Below, piece by piece: positions 37,648-51,099 of a stretch of 64,000 bases of DNA. The DNA is taken from NCBI GenBank assembly GCA_011109175.1, contig RDEW01000025.1, positions 754,701 to 818,700 on the forward strand. The letters are read 5' to 3'. The notes below the pieces were generated by a model, which had not been told where the DNA came from, did no database searches, and saw nothing but the letters and a program-made list of their open reading frames with translations. A program made the position numbers and the translations under genes. How positions within the stretch are numbered: the first letter of the stretch is position 1; each line of letters starts with the position of its first letter. The stretch is from Dicyema japonicum (Eukaryota > Animalia > Dicyemida).

Positions 37648-37985
37648 TTAATATTATTATTATTATTATTTAAGCCAAAGAAACACCGTCTTAACCAATA
37701 ACTAATATTCAGGTGATCCCGGCATCTCTCAATAATCGGGCCATTTTTTCTCGATGCTCCGACCGTGATCCCACGCATTTTCTATACGGACGGGGGTCTT
37801 TTTCCTTTCCTCTTCTGAAATTGCCTCCAGTTGCCTCTATGATAGACTCGAGTGCTCTGGGGGCAATTTCTTTATCTGTATATTTTTCTAGTAATTTTTT
37901 TGCTCTTGACTGGATCTCTTGAATTTTTGTTAGGTTCGTTGCCGACAGGTTAGATCCCCATGCAGCACATGCATAGCCTATTGTT
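37648..37985 (-). mobile_element. LINE 3' fragment with (TAA)n tail
   Basis: YACAAWGSNLSATNLTKIQEIQSRA. Ends ggcttaa(ata)n. Confidence 0.65.
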
Positions 37986-38269
37986 ATATATGAATAATTA
38001 ATTTACTCATTGACTTGTTGGAGCCTAATAAAAAAAGTTAAAAACATTAATGTTGTCATGACTTTTTTACACAGAAAAAATCAAGATTCCATTAGAAATT
38101 GAGATTTCAATATAAAATAACGAATCAATTATAAAAATAATAAACTTTGATTGAGAACAGTTTTTTAAATCTTAAATTTTTTATATTATGTTGAAATAAT
38201 TTTTAAGAAATTACACGTTGCTGGTTAATGGTTGTTGTTGATGTTGATAAGAACCATTTAAATTCATCG

Positions 38270-39830
38270 GATTATGCGAACTTCTGTTCGACCTACTTAC
38301 TGAAAACCAAATGGGCACTAGGAGGAGATGCCAAGGTGCTAAGGAACAGGCTCTGGTGAACAATTCACTTAACAGAATCAACAGATTTGGACTTTATGCA
38401 GCATGGATTGACGTTAAAAAGGCTTTCGACTCAGTAAACCATGATTTTCTCTTTGATGTCCTTGAAAACTCTGGCATTCCACTGCGGATTGTTAACGTAA
38501 TTAAAATACTTATTCAAAACTGAAAACTCAAGCTTTTTTTGAATAAAGAAAATATTCGCACTATCAAACTACAAAGAGGAATTTTACAGGGAGATAGTTT
38601 GTCTCCTATGCTATTTGTGCTAGTGTTGGACCCACTTAGCCGATTCCTTAATAACAGATATCCGAAAGTTTCGATTACCAGTAATGATCAGTCGATTTCA
38701 TCGTTTTCAACTAATCGTCTTTTATTCATAGACGACCTAAAACTTATTTCGAACGATAAAGAAGTTATTGTTAGGATGATGGAACAAGTTAATATTTCAA
38801 ATCTGTTGGTCTCGAAAAGAACTTGGATACATCGGCTACTAATTCTTTATTGTTATCAAATGAGGCTAAAGTAATTGATGGATATAAGTATTTGGGTGTA
38901 TTGGAAGGCCCATCTGGGCAAATTAACAAGACAGACATGCTTAAAACAATATTTTCTGAAGTATGCCAAAGAATAGAAAAAATAGTAAACACTAAATTGA
39001 ACTCGTTCAACCTTTTTAAATCAATTAACGAACATGCATTATCTTTATACAATTACTATATCGGATTAATTGATTTGGAACCGAATGAATTTAAAAAGAT
39101 TGATACTTCTATCCGTAGTTTGCTGAAAAAATATCATGTACACATTAAACCAGCTTGCAAAGAGAGACTGTACCTACCTCGAAACATGCTAAGGAGAGGA
39201 TTATGCTCGATCTCCTTCCTCAGTAAGAGAATGTTATTTGGTTTTCTGAACAATTTGAAAGGAAGAAGTACTTGTTGCAGAAAAAGTTCCGCTATTCTTC
39301 AGGCCGCAACCTTAAGTAAAACTCATATGGCTGAAGAATTTTTGCGAGAGAAGTACTCTGTTGACAAAACATTTATATAATTTATGATTCTTTAGGATGG
39401 TGCGCTATATTGTCGATTCTGTTTGTGTAATATAAAATGCGAGAAAGGCAAAAAAAGGCATTTTGTAAATTCCATCAAATTCATTTTGATGAAAATTCAT
39501 TGAGTTTTGCGATATAACAATTATTTTTTGTAGATAATCTGACTGAATAGCACCAAACACACATTGACCAATATTCCAAAAATGATGATTGGGCTCTACA
39601 AGTATCCGGAGCATTTATAAACTCTGATATTATACTAAACAAACTATCTATGCCGTGGCTTAGAGAATTGATTTACGGAGGCTTTGTATGAGTTCCCTCA
39701 TCGTTAGTTAGCAGTCTATGTGACCTTATCTGAAGCTTTTCGAACATTCCAGGTTTCCGAATAATGTCGCTATTGCAGATATTATTAAAGTACACGCTTC
39801 AGAATTGAACAAACATGTGATCGTTTAGAA
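38270..39830 (+). mobile_element. R4/Dong-like non-LTR RT region, degenerate
   Basis: CQGAKEQALVN, AWIDVKKAFDSVNH, GILQGDSLSPMLFVL, FIDDLK, YKYLGVLE, ERLYLPR. Confidence 0.88.
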
Positions 39831-40599
39831 TCGTTGGAATTTGGAAATGACAACAAATTTATTAAAGAATACATAAATAAAAGGCTTCAAAAAATGATAT
39901 TTCAAACATAATTAAAATGACTAATTTACACATATCTCCTGCCGAGTATCCTCGTGCTCGGTTGAAAGAACTTTCTCTCAAATAAAGAGTTTTCTAAGAT
40001 CCAACCGAAATTTTCTACAAGAAAATTTAGAAAATTATGTAATTTGTATGTGTAACAAAAAGTTTTAGTGTTTTTATTGTTTAGTCATAAAGTTAAATTT
40101 TTTGGTTAATTTTTGTAGTTTTAGGTTAATAAAGTTAATTTTTTATTATAAAATGAATAAAAATGAATAAAAATTAAATTAAGGCATCTGAATGGCCATG
40201 CTATTTCCCCTAACAATAGCCAACGAGATACGTTCTCGGAACATTTTTTAGGTTAAAAAAAATTCGCCTTAATTATGAGAAAGCGCAGTCAAAATTTCTA
40301 CTGGAGTGTTTTCATCATATTTTTCAATAATACTGTTTATCCTTTTTTTCACATCCTGGTACTTCTTTACTTGTCTTATTGTTATTCTGGCCATCACTTG
40401 TTCTAATGTGAGCTTCCACTCCGACTGTTCTCATCGTATTTTTGCAACAAGCCGACAAACGGGTGGATGTTTTATAGACAGTCTTTGTGAAAAAGATCTG
40501 TGCCATTCTTCAAGTGAATTCGTAGTTCTTGAGAGGCCTTCTGCCTGTCTGTCGTGTACATTCCACATTTCCAAACTAAACAATGGTCTTCTCTCTTTC

Positions 40600-41110
40600 C
40601 ACGTTGCACAAGATTGCTTATAGATTTTCTACGTCAATCTTATCAAAATCCTTACTTCTCAGTCAAGTTGGAGTCGGAGTTCGTCTTGGATGTGAGGCAG
40701 CCGTTCACTCCGTCAGGACATTCAGGAACCGCAGCATTCAAGACTTTAAAAGGCACATTATGGTAAAGCTGGACATCAAGAACGCTTTAACAGTTTAAGA
40801 AAAGACTGCATTCTGGAGGCCTGCAAAGAAAGATGTCCATACATATTTGAACTAATCAATTATTCATACGGAAAGCCTACATCTCTATTGCACGGGGATT
40901 TCATGGTTCCATCGTCCTCGAGTGTTCAACAGGGCGACCCCTCGGACCACTACTGTTCTCCCTCGGAATTGAAAAGATTATGAGGAAGTCCCCGGAGATG
41001 GTCATCCAGGAGTTGGAAGTACTCATCCCCGCGTTGTCCAAGGTGGGTCTTGAATTGAATACAACGAAATATGAAATAACAAACTGTGGTCTTGCTGACG
41101 ATGACTTCTC
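40600..41110 (+). mobile_element. CRE-like RT fragment
   Basis: QVGVGVRLGCEAAVHSVR, KLDIKNA, VQQGDP; the YxDD segment is deleted. Confidence 0.75.
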
Positions 41111-41129
41111 TTCATTGTTAGTTTCTTAA

Positions 41130-41888
41130 AAAAAAGTTGAGAGATGATTTAGAGACAGTGGGAATAAAAGTTGGTTTATCTACGATACATAATACATTAC
41201 GCAAACAAGGAATTCACAAAAGGAGGGCACGTCATATTCCTCTACTAAAAAAGTCCATATATTGGCGCGACTAAAATTTCGCTCAAAATATTTTAAATAA
41301 ATATTTAGAATATATAATGAATATATTGTGGTCAGATGAAACCAAAATTAAACTTTTTGACCCCAATTATAACAAATATATTTGGAGAAAAAAAATCAAC
41401 TGAATGGTTAAATAATAATGGAATAAATGTTTTGAAATGGCCTAGCCAATCTCCCGACTTAAACCCAATTGAAAATTTATAGAAAACGTTGAAAATAAAG
41501 ATAGGAAACAGAAGACCAAAAATATAATGGAATTAAAAGTATTCTGGCGTGAGGAATGGAATAAAATTTCCAAAGAAGAATGTTTTAAATTAATAGAAAC
41601 ATACAAAAGAAGATTAAGGCAGTAATTGTTGCAAAAGGTCATGCAACAAAATATTAATGACGCACCGTGTTAACACTTTGATCATTAAGTGACACTAAAA
41701 AATAAAAAATTTGTTTTTTCTTAACCAAATATTAAAATTTTAAAAATGTAAAATTATTTTCAATATCTTAGTACTTTTTAATTTTGTAAAAAATAATTAA
41801 AAGTAAAAATACTTTATATTTTATGGTAAAAAAGTAAATTATTAAAATTTATAAAGTGGTACCATCATGACTTTTTGGGCCCACCGTA
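41130..41888 (+). mobile_element. Tc1 transposase remnant with probable right TIR
   Basis: [47 protein letters not shown]. Ends ...gggcccaccg followed by TA. Confidence 0.85.
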
Positions 41889-42239
41889 TGTCACCGTCTG
41901 CACGTGGAACTCCATCGATTTTTTTGCATTTTTATAACATTTTTCCTGACTCTAATTATTTTATTTATTTAAATATACAATTTTTTCAAAATCCATTAGA
42001 TATCTGGCCTTAATTGTTCATGCAAATTATGATATTATAACAACCTGAAACAATTCAATACAATTAATGTAGGAAAATTTATTACTAATTTTGACCATAA
42101 CCTTGACAAATTCAAATCCCTTTCGTAAAAATAACTAAGTTTGATCTCATCCCTAAGCAATATTCAAAATCTACCATAATCAATACCTAATCTCATTCCT
42201 AATCACTATCTAACATCAATCATAAACCCACTTATTCTT

Positions 42240-42660
42240 CCAGTCAGTCCGTAATGACTTGTATCCAGGGAACATCGTGGTAGGACTGTTTATAGGGAGT
42301 TTCGTCTTTTGAATCAAAGCCACGTCGATCTTCAGAATCAAAGCTATGCGTGCCGCCGGGGAGACAGTATCCTCGGAAGTATATGTTTAATGGTTCTCTT
42401 TGGAGAGACATTAAATGCCCTCTGGGCGTTGCCAATACTTGGTGAATTACATAACGCCACGCTAAAAAACATATCTGCTAGAAAATCCTTAAATTTCGAA
42501 AGGAGTAGATTTTTCAGCATCTTTGACATTGAACATAGGAGCGGGACAGGTCTGAATGACTCCGGATAGTCTTTCTGTCTTCCAGGTTTCTAGATGACCT
42601 TTTATTGTTTTTGTGGGCGATTTTGACATAGAACTTGGCCAGCTTGTTTGATCGTTTAAG
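42240..42660 (-). mobile_element. Composite: LINE RT N-terminal fragment fused to a pseudoknot module (42391-42458)
   Basis: KPGRQKDYPESFRPVPLLCSMSKML, then gcgtggcgtt-atg...aacgcc-ca-hairpin-caaa-gaacca. Confidence 0.65.
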
Positions 42661-42796
42661 TTGAAATTTAACAGCTTTAAACATGTTTAAATAAATCCTT
42701 TAATTATCGACATTATTGATTTTATCGATTTCATTCATAATTAACGTATTTACTAAAGTTTTATATTTATTTCTCAAAACACCGACATATTCATCA

Positions 42797-44341
42797 ATGG
42801 TCGTTAAAGGACATAAATTCTTAAAATTTTTAGTAGGAATTTTAATTTTATATGCAATTTTAAAGTAATAAAATTTATATATTAGATTTTTTTACACATC
42901 CGAAAATAAAGTAATCTATGCTTATGTTAAAACAAAGTCATTTGAGACCATTATCATTCCTGATAATCTAGTCGAGATTAAAATCGAAAATTCAACATAT
43001 TCACACATAAAAAGTATAATTTATTTAATTTGCAGGAAATATAGCATTCTGCATTGCAATTTCTAAACGAAAAAAGTTTTATGCGCAACACACGCTTAGA
43101 TGGATGTTCAGATTACTACCACCAAATAGTAATGTAATTTTTATAGCGATGGTTCTGAATGTAAGCTTTGTTTAATAAATGCAGAATAATCAATATGTCA
43201 ATAGTCTACAGAGATTGTAATGACTTAAATAAATGTATAGATTTGCAAAGGAAATCTCCAAGGGAATACTCGAAGTAGTATCGACTTGTGACGAAAACTA
43301 TGAACAATTCAATTTTAATGTCCATCCAAAAATGAATATTGTTCCAATCACGTAATTTAATAATTATTTTAGTAAATTATCATGGCAAACAAAAATGAAC
43401 ATAGATTTTATTTATTTAATGAAATATTGTCAGAAGAGGGCAGAAAACTGTGTTTGGGTATTTTATTATGCAAATATTTAAGTTGGAGGATGACGTTATC
43501 CCTGCAACCGACTATTTCAGTTATATTAAAGAAAGAATAAATTATTTATATAATTCTCGAACGGATTTTTCTTTTATTTCATTCTGCAGATATGGATCTG
43601 TTGGTATCGTAACAGTGTAACTTGTAGCAAAAATACCTAACAAATATATTATCGAAGATATTATGGATTACTTTTACCACCAAAGACTAAAAGGTCCAAC
43701 AGATGATATGATGCACTATTATAACGTTTATTCCACGGTTTACTCATAGGATGATAAATCACTCAATTTCTTGGAACAAAATGAAAAATTTGATCATTAC
43801 GGGTTTTCCTCAACATACAGTCTTAAAGTACAAGAACTGAGAGTATTATTGTGAGTTATTAATAAGAATAAAATCAACAACTCTTCTCTTGTTGAGGTTC
43901 CTGTGGAATCTTGCGTTTATTTGAGTCCAGGGAGTGTCGTAAACTGTTTGAACAGCATTGGATTTAATAAAGATACTGAGATAAATATTATAAAAATTAA
44001 AATTGTGAATAATGGAAAATTTAAAATTAAATTTGAAAATGAGGTAACGATTGAGAGGTAATATTTGTAATAATCAGATTATTATTGATTTTGAGAGATC
44101 AACGTATGAATATTGAAAAAGAATTGATAAACGAAGTCACTTTAATTGTGAAAGGATTTGACTTTAACAAAAATATCATGTTTAGTTATACTGAGCGACA
44201 AACTGTTGATTTATTTCTTCATTTGAATAAAAATGTAAAGGAAATATTAATTGAGACTATTCTTGGTAATCCATTTGACTCAGAAATATCTGTTTATATT
44301 TTTATAATTTTTAGTTTGAAATATTAAAGTGGTGGACTTGA
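42797..44341 (+). CDS. Type II membrane glycosyltransferase, GT54/MGAT4-like; multi-exon
   Basis: N-terminal TM (FLKFLVGILILYAILK), LEDDVIPATDYFSYI (cf. MGAT4 LEDD motif), FCRYGSVAK...IMDYFY...GPTDDMM, FDHYGFSST. 21-24-nt GT-AG introns restore the frame at the junctions checked. Confidence 0.55.
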
Positions 44342-44759
44342 TTAAATTAAATTTAGTAATGAAATATAAATAATAAATAATGAATATTTAATTTTATAAT
44401 TTACCAGAATATCATAAATAAATATATTTTATTATCATCCAAATCACTGGCGATCACTCTCCTCTTATTTATTTTAAAACCCCAAGATCCTCAACAAATA
44501 TTAACTCACTACTAGGGAGATTTTTTTCAATAAATTCAAAAATTCATATGTTCTTTAAAATTGTTAAAAACATCTAAAAATGTTATTTTCAATCAAAAAT
44601 AATATATAAATCAAAAATTATAAAGTCAAAAAACTCAATATTAATTTTTTAGAGTTTTTGAATAAAAAACTGCAGATTTAAGAATTTAATCAATAATTAT
44701 CATACTCAACCTGCACGAAAATGGATGGTAGCCATATGGATCGATCAAACGTCCACTTT

Positions 44760-45075
44760 AAGACCGGATGGCTCAGTTTAATAATCATGAGGTCCCCGGT
44801 ACTAATATCGTTTCTGTCTATTCGGTTGAAGGCTTTAAGCATCTACGATGCTTTGAGATTGACGATCAACGCAGTCATCAATATTTTAACACTGTGGAAC
44901 TGGATTGTCTTGTGGAACTCACACACAAACAAAAAGAAAAGAACGAGGAGTCAAGAACCCTTTCAACACCTTGGATTAATTAATTGACTTAAAATAAAGT
45001 ATGAGTTCTGCCTAAGATGAGGTTTAAGTAATGGAAACATTATTATCATTAGCACTTTCACGAGAGCCATAATAT
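44760..45075 (+). mobile_element. Diverged family A SINE with a different head, followed by an inverted ~40-nt family A 3' piece
   Basis: Body gcatctacgatgc...actgtggaactggattgtct... matches family A. 45045-45090 is the reverse complement of the family A 3' end. Confidence 0.7.
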
Positions 45076-45099
45076 TTATAGCCCCGCATGTGCAGCAAA

Positions 45100-46770
45100 A
45101 AATATAAGAGAATTAGTTAGGTTGCTCCAAGGTCTTCTGTTCCTTGCTAGGTCCATCAGTGAGTCCAGATCGTCACCAGATGCCAATGTTTTCTTCACGG
45201 CTTTCAGATCGTTTTGTAAAGAACAGGGTTAGGGTTAGGAAAATCAGTTTTTATTCAAAAACTCTAAACCGGAAAAAACGAATAATCATCAATGACGAAA
45301 ATGGCAAGACATTACTGAATACTGAAGAGCAAGCGGAGGTAATTGCAACACATTTCGAGAAACTTTTTAATGTGACTACAGCAATCCCTCCATTCAAAGG
45401 AAAGCCTAGACCCTTAAAAGAACCAATCTCAATTTTGGAAGTAAAAACAGCATGTCAAAAACTAAAAAATAACAAAAGCCCTGGACTAGATACGATAAAC
45501 CCAGAACTACTAAAATATGGCCCTGACTCTCTTTTTGAAAAAATCGCTACACTACTAAATGAAATGTTTTTAACTAACTCAACCCTACCCCTGGGAACGA
45601 GATTACTAATACCTGTACCGAAACCGAATAAACCCAAAGGACCGGTTGAAAACCTACGACCAATTATATTATCAAATTCTCTACGGAAAGTCTTAGCTAA
45701 CATTGTATTGGAACGAATAAAAGGACCCGCCTATGAATACCTACCCGAAAGTCAAAGTGGGTTCAGAGAAGGAAGATCAACAGCTGATGCAGTCTGGAGT
45801 CACAGATGGAGATGTGCAACACATCAAAGATATTGCAATGCCATCCACATTCTGAGAATAGATCTATCAAAAGCCTTTGACTCGGTTAACAGGAAAAAAT
45901 TGATGACAGTGCTGGAAGGGTTTATTGACGAATCGAGTCTAAGAATGATCCAAATCCTTCTATCTAACACAGAACTCCTTGTGAGAGTTGGAAAAACCTA
46001 CTCAAGAAAATTTGAAACAAACACAGGCACTCCTCAAGGAGACTCCCTCTCTCCCCTACTATTCACAATATACTTGGAAGCCGCTATGAGGGAACTGATA
46101 CCATTATATCAATGAAAAATAGAAGAAGTGATTTATGCTGATGATGTCGACTTAATTTCTGAAGACAAAGAACTCCTGGAGCATGTACTAGAAAAAGCAC
46201 CAGTTATACTTGAGAAATGGTTTCTCACCGTGAACGGGGAAAAAACAGAACGGACAGAGATAATACGAATGAACAACTCACTCGAAGAAAAATGGAGACA
46301 CATAAAGAAACTTGGCTCTCTACTAGGAGATAGCGAAGACATCATACGGAAAAAAACATTGGCAAATGCGGCATTACAAAGGCTGAAAAATCTTTGGCTA
46401 AAACGGAAAGGATATAACATAAAACAAAGGATTATGTTATACGACACTTTCATCAAACCAATTCTACTATACAACTCTGGGACCTGGGCCACCTCTAGAC
46501 CCATTTCACAGGAATCATCTAAGAAACATAACTGGAATGTCCTGGCCATCCAAAATCTCGCGGAATGGACTGTACAATAAGTGTGACTGTATACCATTAA
46601 GCCACGAGATCATTAACTCTCGTTGGAGACTTTTTGGACACGTCCTGAGATTGGACCCGATATCCCCTCCGAATATCGCAATGGAAGATTACTACTCCTC
46701 CAATGTAAAACGCTTTCGTGAAGACCGAGAACTACCCTCCCGGTCGTTCTACAAAACGATCTGAATGGAA
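45100..46770 (+). mobile_element. RTE-clade LINE, 5'-truncated RT
   Basis: NNKSPGLD, ENLRPIIL, QSGFREGRST, IDLSKAFD, GTPQGDSLSPLLF, YADD, LGSLLGD, WRLFGHVLR. Confidence 0.92.
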
Positions 46771-46989
46771 ACATTCTGCTTATCCAGTTGTCTTAAAATA
46801 ATTGCGCGTAAAACGGTCCTGGAACCTTTCGTATTGCTTCCCTTTAGATTTACATCAATTATGTCGGCGGGAATCAATAGTTAGAATCGATAATTATCGG
46901 CAGTTTATTATCTTGAATTATTTATATTAAAATTTTTTAAAATAAAAAAAGAAGAAACAGCTAGCCTAGAGTCGTACAGCGGCTGCTAG

Positions 46990-47460
46990 GTTATTTCCTC
47001 TTGTCATTCTCAGCGTCAGAAAGGGCTCCATTGGCACTCTAATGTAGGTTGCAAGGGGCGAATGTATCGGTACAGGTGACGTCCCAAACAAGAGGTTTCC
47101 TGGCTTCAAAGGGAAATATAATCATCTTATCGGATCGTTTCCCGACACTTTTGCAAAGGACGACTGGTTCGAGCATAGAAGAGTGTCCGCCAGCGTCCAA
47201 AACTTTGTTCAAGGCCATGTGTCTGGGAAATGCTCACAATCTTTATGCAGGAGAGTGGGTGCAGGCTAAAACAATCAATCTGGTCTCCGCATCGACACAT
47301 ACTTTTTATCTGAGTCGTAATGAAATCCCAATACGGACGCATTCATCATCAAGAAAAGCAACCAAAACTCCATTAGAAATGGCGTTGAGGCAGGCTCCAC
47401 TTTCGGAAGCGTCTCCGACAACAAACAAGATCGGCGGTGTTGGTTAGATGACACCAGCTG
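46990..47460 (-). mobile_element. CRE-like RLE fragment
   Basis: LEPVVL...GKRSD...PFEARKPLVWDVTCTDTFAP. Confidence 0.75.
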
Positions 47461-47779
47461 ATCTTCAAATCACTTTCGGCATCGTCTAGATCCAGTTGAG
47501 AGTTCAAGGAAGATGGGGAAAACAGATAGGTACTACTCCAGGCTTCACGTGCATAACCGACGTCCTGGTTAGTATAGAGTTCGGAAAGGGAGTGTTCTTC
47601 ACAAGGATGTTCAGCGGTTTTATATTGGACTGGTGTAAAAATCAATATTTTTTCCACTAAAAGTTAATTCTTCAACCATATAATATACCCTTGTGTAGTT
47701 TTTCTTTCATTTCTTTAAAAATGTTTTGTTTTTTTTGGGATTCAACGTGCACTGAGACTCTCTAATAGGAATCTACTCA

Positions 47780-48550
47780 AGTCGTCGTTACAAGCTGGTT
47801 CAGCAGCGAGTACTGCTGAAGGTTTAAAAAAAGGAAGTACCACGGCATCGTGGACCGGTTCGTTTTCCAGCCGATCTCCGTTAAAACGTCTGACGTTATT
47901 GGCTCGAGCACGTCTGAGTTTATCAGGTTAATCGGACGGCTTGCGGGGAAGCGGAAGGTTAAACCTAGAATGACGCGATGGTTTTTCCAGAACATTGGGC
48001 TAGCAATTATGAGAGGTAACTCCCATTGTAGGCTCAATGTCTACAGGTCATAATGGAGACCTGTCATAACAACTTACTTCAAATAATTATTAAGTGCAGG
48101 ACGATTCCCAAGACACAAGGCGATCAACGGAATTGTCAAGCGAGCCCTGTAGTCTGCGGGATGCCCCGTCACTTGAACATGTTGGCCTGGACAGAGGAGA
48201 TGGAAAACGTCCTGACGGAAGAGGGGAAACCTTTGGTCTGGGACGCTACTTGTGTCGACACACTTTGCCCGTCCAACATTGTCGGGAGCGCTGTAGACAC
48301 ACTGTATGCCGCGGAAAATACGATGAGGGCAAATGAGAAGGAATACGAAGCGCTACGCGACAGATTCGCGTTTTATCCGATTGTGATCTAGACAACTGGA
48401 GGAATAAGTGGAACAAAGCATCGCTTCCTAAAGGAACTTGGACGCTTAGCTACACTAAAAAGCCTTCTCCAGTTGATATCTGTTGCAATCGTGAGAGGCA
48501 ACGCAACATCGGGGTCCACTTTGGATGGATGGCTGTGTTAATTAATTATC
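47780..48550 (+). mobile_element. Two tandem CRE-like RLE 3' fragments
   Basis: AGSAASTAE..K.RKY...FQPISV...AIMRGN (47790-48030); GKRPDG..GKPLVWDATCVDT...FYPIV.TTG...VRGNA (48130-48520). Confidence 0.8.
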
Positions 48551-48766
48551 TTAATTATAATTATTTTAAATTGTATATTAATAATCAATAAATTCTATAA
48601 TTGATAAAGCAATAAATCCATATTAACTTTCCAAGCAACTAAATATTGAAATCAATATAGAAAATTATTTGCTAATGTGCAGACAACTATAATTGATTAC
48701 CAATAGTACGTAGTCTGACAATATGTATAACCAAATCAAATACGATATTTCTTAGTGATTGCCCTT

Positions 48767-50061
48767 ATGGATATTAAAATTAGTGATGATAACAGTTTAT
48801 AGTTATTTAACCGCAGACATTATGAATGATCACACATGTTCCTCAAACTACATTGGGTCACATATTTGTGAGGTCTGTGGGGACGCGGCAACTGGATATC
48901 ACTATAGAAAGTTAACCTGTGAAGGATGTAAAGTCAAAATAACATTAATTTTGTATGATTTAGGGTTTCTTCCGGCGGACTATTCAACGAAATATAAAAT
49001 ATAGCTGTAAATGGGAGAAAAAGTGTATTGTTGACAAAAATACTCGAAATCAATGCCAGGAATGTCGTTTTCAGAAATGTCTCAGAGTTGGAATGGCCAA
49101 AACCTGTTCTTATGCTTATTATTTATGTTCAGTGGTTTTGAGTGAGCCTCAGAGAGTGGCCAAACGAAAGCTTATTGAAGAAAATAGGCAAAAGAAGAAA
49201 AATTGTTTACTCCCAAATTCTCCTTCTCGTAGAATAATCGTGGTTCCTTACTGTGATCAACAAAAATTATTCAGAATAACAGAGGCTTACGAAACTCTCT
49301 TTCTTCCAATCCTTGAAGACACGGATCACATTAAAATCATTACCTCCCACGAATTTAAACTAAACTATCCCACTTCCAGAGTGACATTCTATATTTCTGA
49401 CGACAATAAAAACTGGAGTTACATTCTACAGGCAATGACTCAAGCAATACATAGACTGATTCCCTTCTCCAGAACTCTTCAGGGATTCAAAGATGTATTG
49501 ATATGGTAATTTCAGTTTACCCTAAGGGATCAAAAAACTTTATTACAGCATAGCTGTCTAGAAGCGATCTTGTTGTGTTTTTCCAAAACTATAATTGCGG
49601 GGAAAACTGGATTTCCTTACCCGACGGAGTTAAAATCATGAAAAACTCAATGAAGGAAGAAGATAACAAACTTATAATAAACCAAATGTTTGAGGGAGCC
49701 CAATCTCTCGTAAACTTTAACTTGGATAATCATCAGATCGCTCTTTTAATGTGTATTTTAATATATCAGAGAGGTTATCCTTATTATAATGGTAGACCTG
49801 TCGCATGTTAGTGTACAAGAACCTAATAGACTGTTAAAGGAAATTGAAAAATATCACAAAATGTATGGGAATTTAGAAAAATATAATAATTTGGAGATTA
49901 AATATGAAACTATCGCTCAGAAATTGACAAGTATTAGCAGAATATCCTACAAAATGTTGGAAAAAATATTTGTTTTGCGTTGTAGTGACATTCTTGATAT
50001 TCCGCAAATATTTATGGAGTGTGCCAAAATAGCTAATATGTCAAAAATGGGGAATTCATGA
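48767..50061 (+). CDS. Thyroid hormone receptor-like nuclear receptor (NR1A-like); multi-exon
   Basis: [25 protein letters not shown]|GFFRRTIQ...[24 protein letters not shown]-type hinge [26 protein letters not shown]|[12 protein letters not shown]-2-like IPQIFMEC. One homopolymer frameshift at 49578-49582. Confidence 0.88.
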
Positions 50062-50129
50062 TGTCAATATTAATAAACTAAAAACACTTTTATTGTCAAA
50101 AAAGAACTATCCAGAGTAACTTTTTCCAC

Positions 50130-50450
50130 GTGTCCTTGTTTCTGCTTCTAGCGAACTCTTACTAATATCCTCTTGCACTTAGGTTGCACAAGTGGATTCG
50201 CATGATGTGCGTCAAGGGAAGCGCTCTCAAGGGTTCTCTTGAGTATAGTTGTTTGTATATTAATGAGGATATTTATATCCACTTTCAACTCCCTTAAGTA
50301 CCCCCCTGAGGAATTTAGTAACGATACAATCTTATGTCATCACATAAGGAATAACATGAACTTTGCACCGATCCATTATCTTCAGTTCGTTTGAAGAGTG
50401 TACTTCCGCTTCTTCTCCACTGTTTGCAAACGTTCTTTGCGAGTATACAC
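50130..50450 (-). mobile_element. R4/Dong-like RLE C-terminal fragment
   Basis: RLQTVE.KKRKY...VIPYVMT...ILKRTLES. Confidence 0.7.
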
Positions 50451-50469
50451 ATTTCTATGATAGTTATGA

Positions 50470-51060
50470 CAACTTATTATAAAGCACAATATCTGGCTAT
50501 TTCCAGAGAAAAAGTTCTTGTCTTTTAGGAAAGTCATAATTGCCTCATTTTCTTGACAAAGGCCACAATGTAGGTGGATCCGTCACGTTGTTGGGAAACT
50601 TCCGTAGAGCTTTGTGATTGTTGATCGACATCTTCAATCTTTTCTAGGTTCTTCTTCGCCAAATCAGTTCTCCATGCGGCGCAGCTGTAGCTGAAGGTTG
50701 GTGCAATGTATTGGTTGTATAAAGGACGTAGTACGGAGCTATATGATTTCTTATAGTTTACATGAGGTTATTTAAAAGTCATAAGGGAGTCTGAATATGA
50801 CCCCTAAAAATTCTGACTTTATTTTTTCAAGGGATTTGTTCTCCTTTATGGATTTTAAATAGTCAGAGTTGGTAAGTCTTATACTAGAATTAAATATTGT
50901 AATATATACTTCTCAGCGCTTTTGGATAACGAGTTTGACTCCAGCCATTTGTTTAGTTGGTCGCTTAGGCCTTGAAAATACCAAGAGGTCCTCGATTATA
51001 TCACTCCCACATGTCATAATCACGGTATTTTCACTGATTCGAGGTGACAAGTCACACAGA
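50470..51060 (-). mobile_element. Ingi/Vingi-like LINE post-RT fragment
   Basis: LNKWLESNSL, YNQYIAPTFSYSCAAW. Confidence 0.65.
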
Positions 51061-51099
51061 AATAGGAAAATGAAGTTATGTCCACAATGATAGGTTGTG

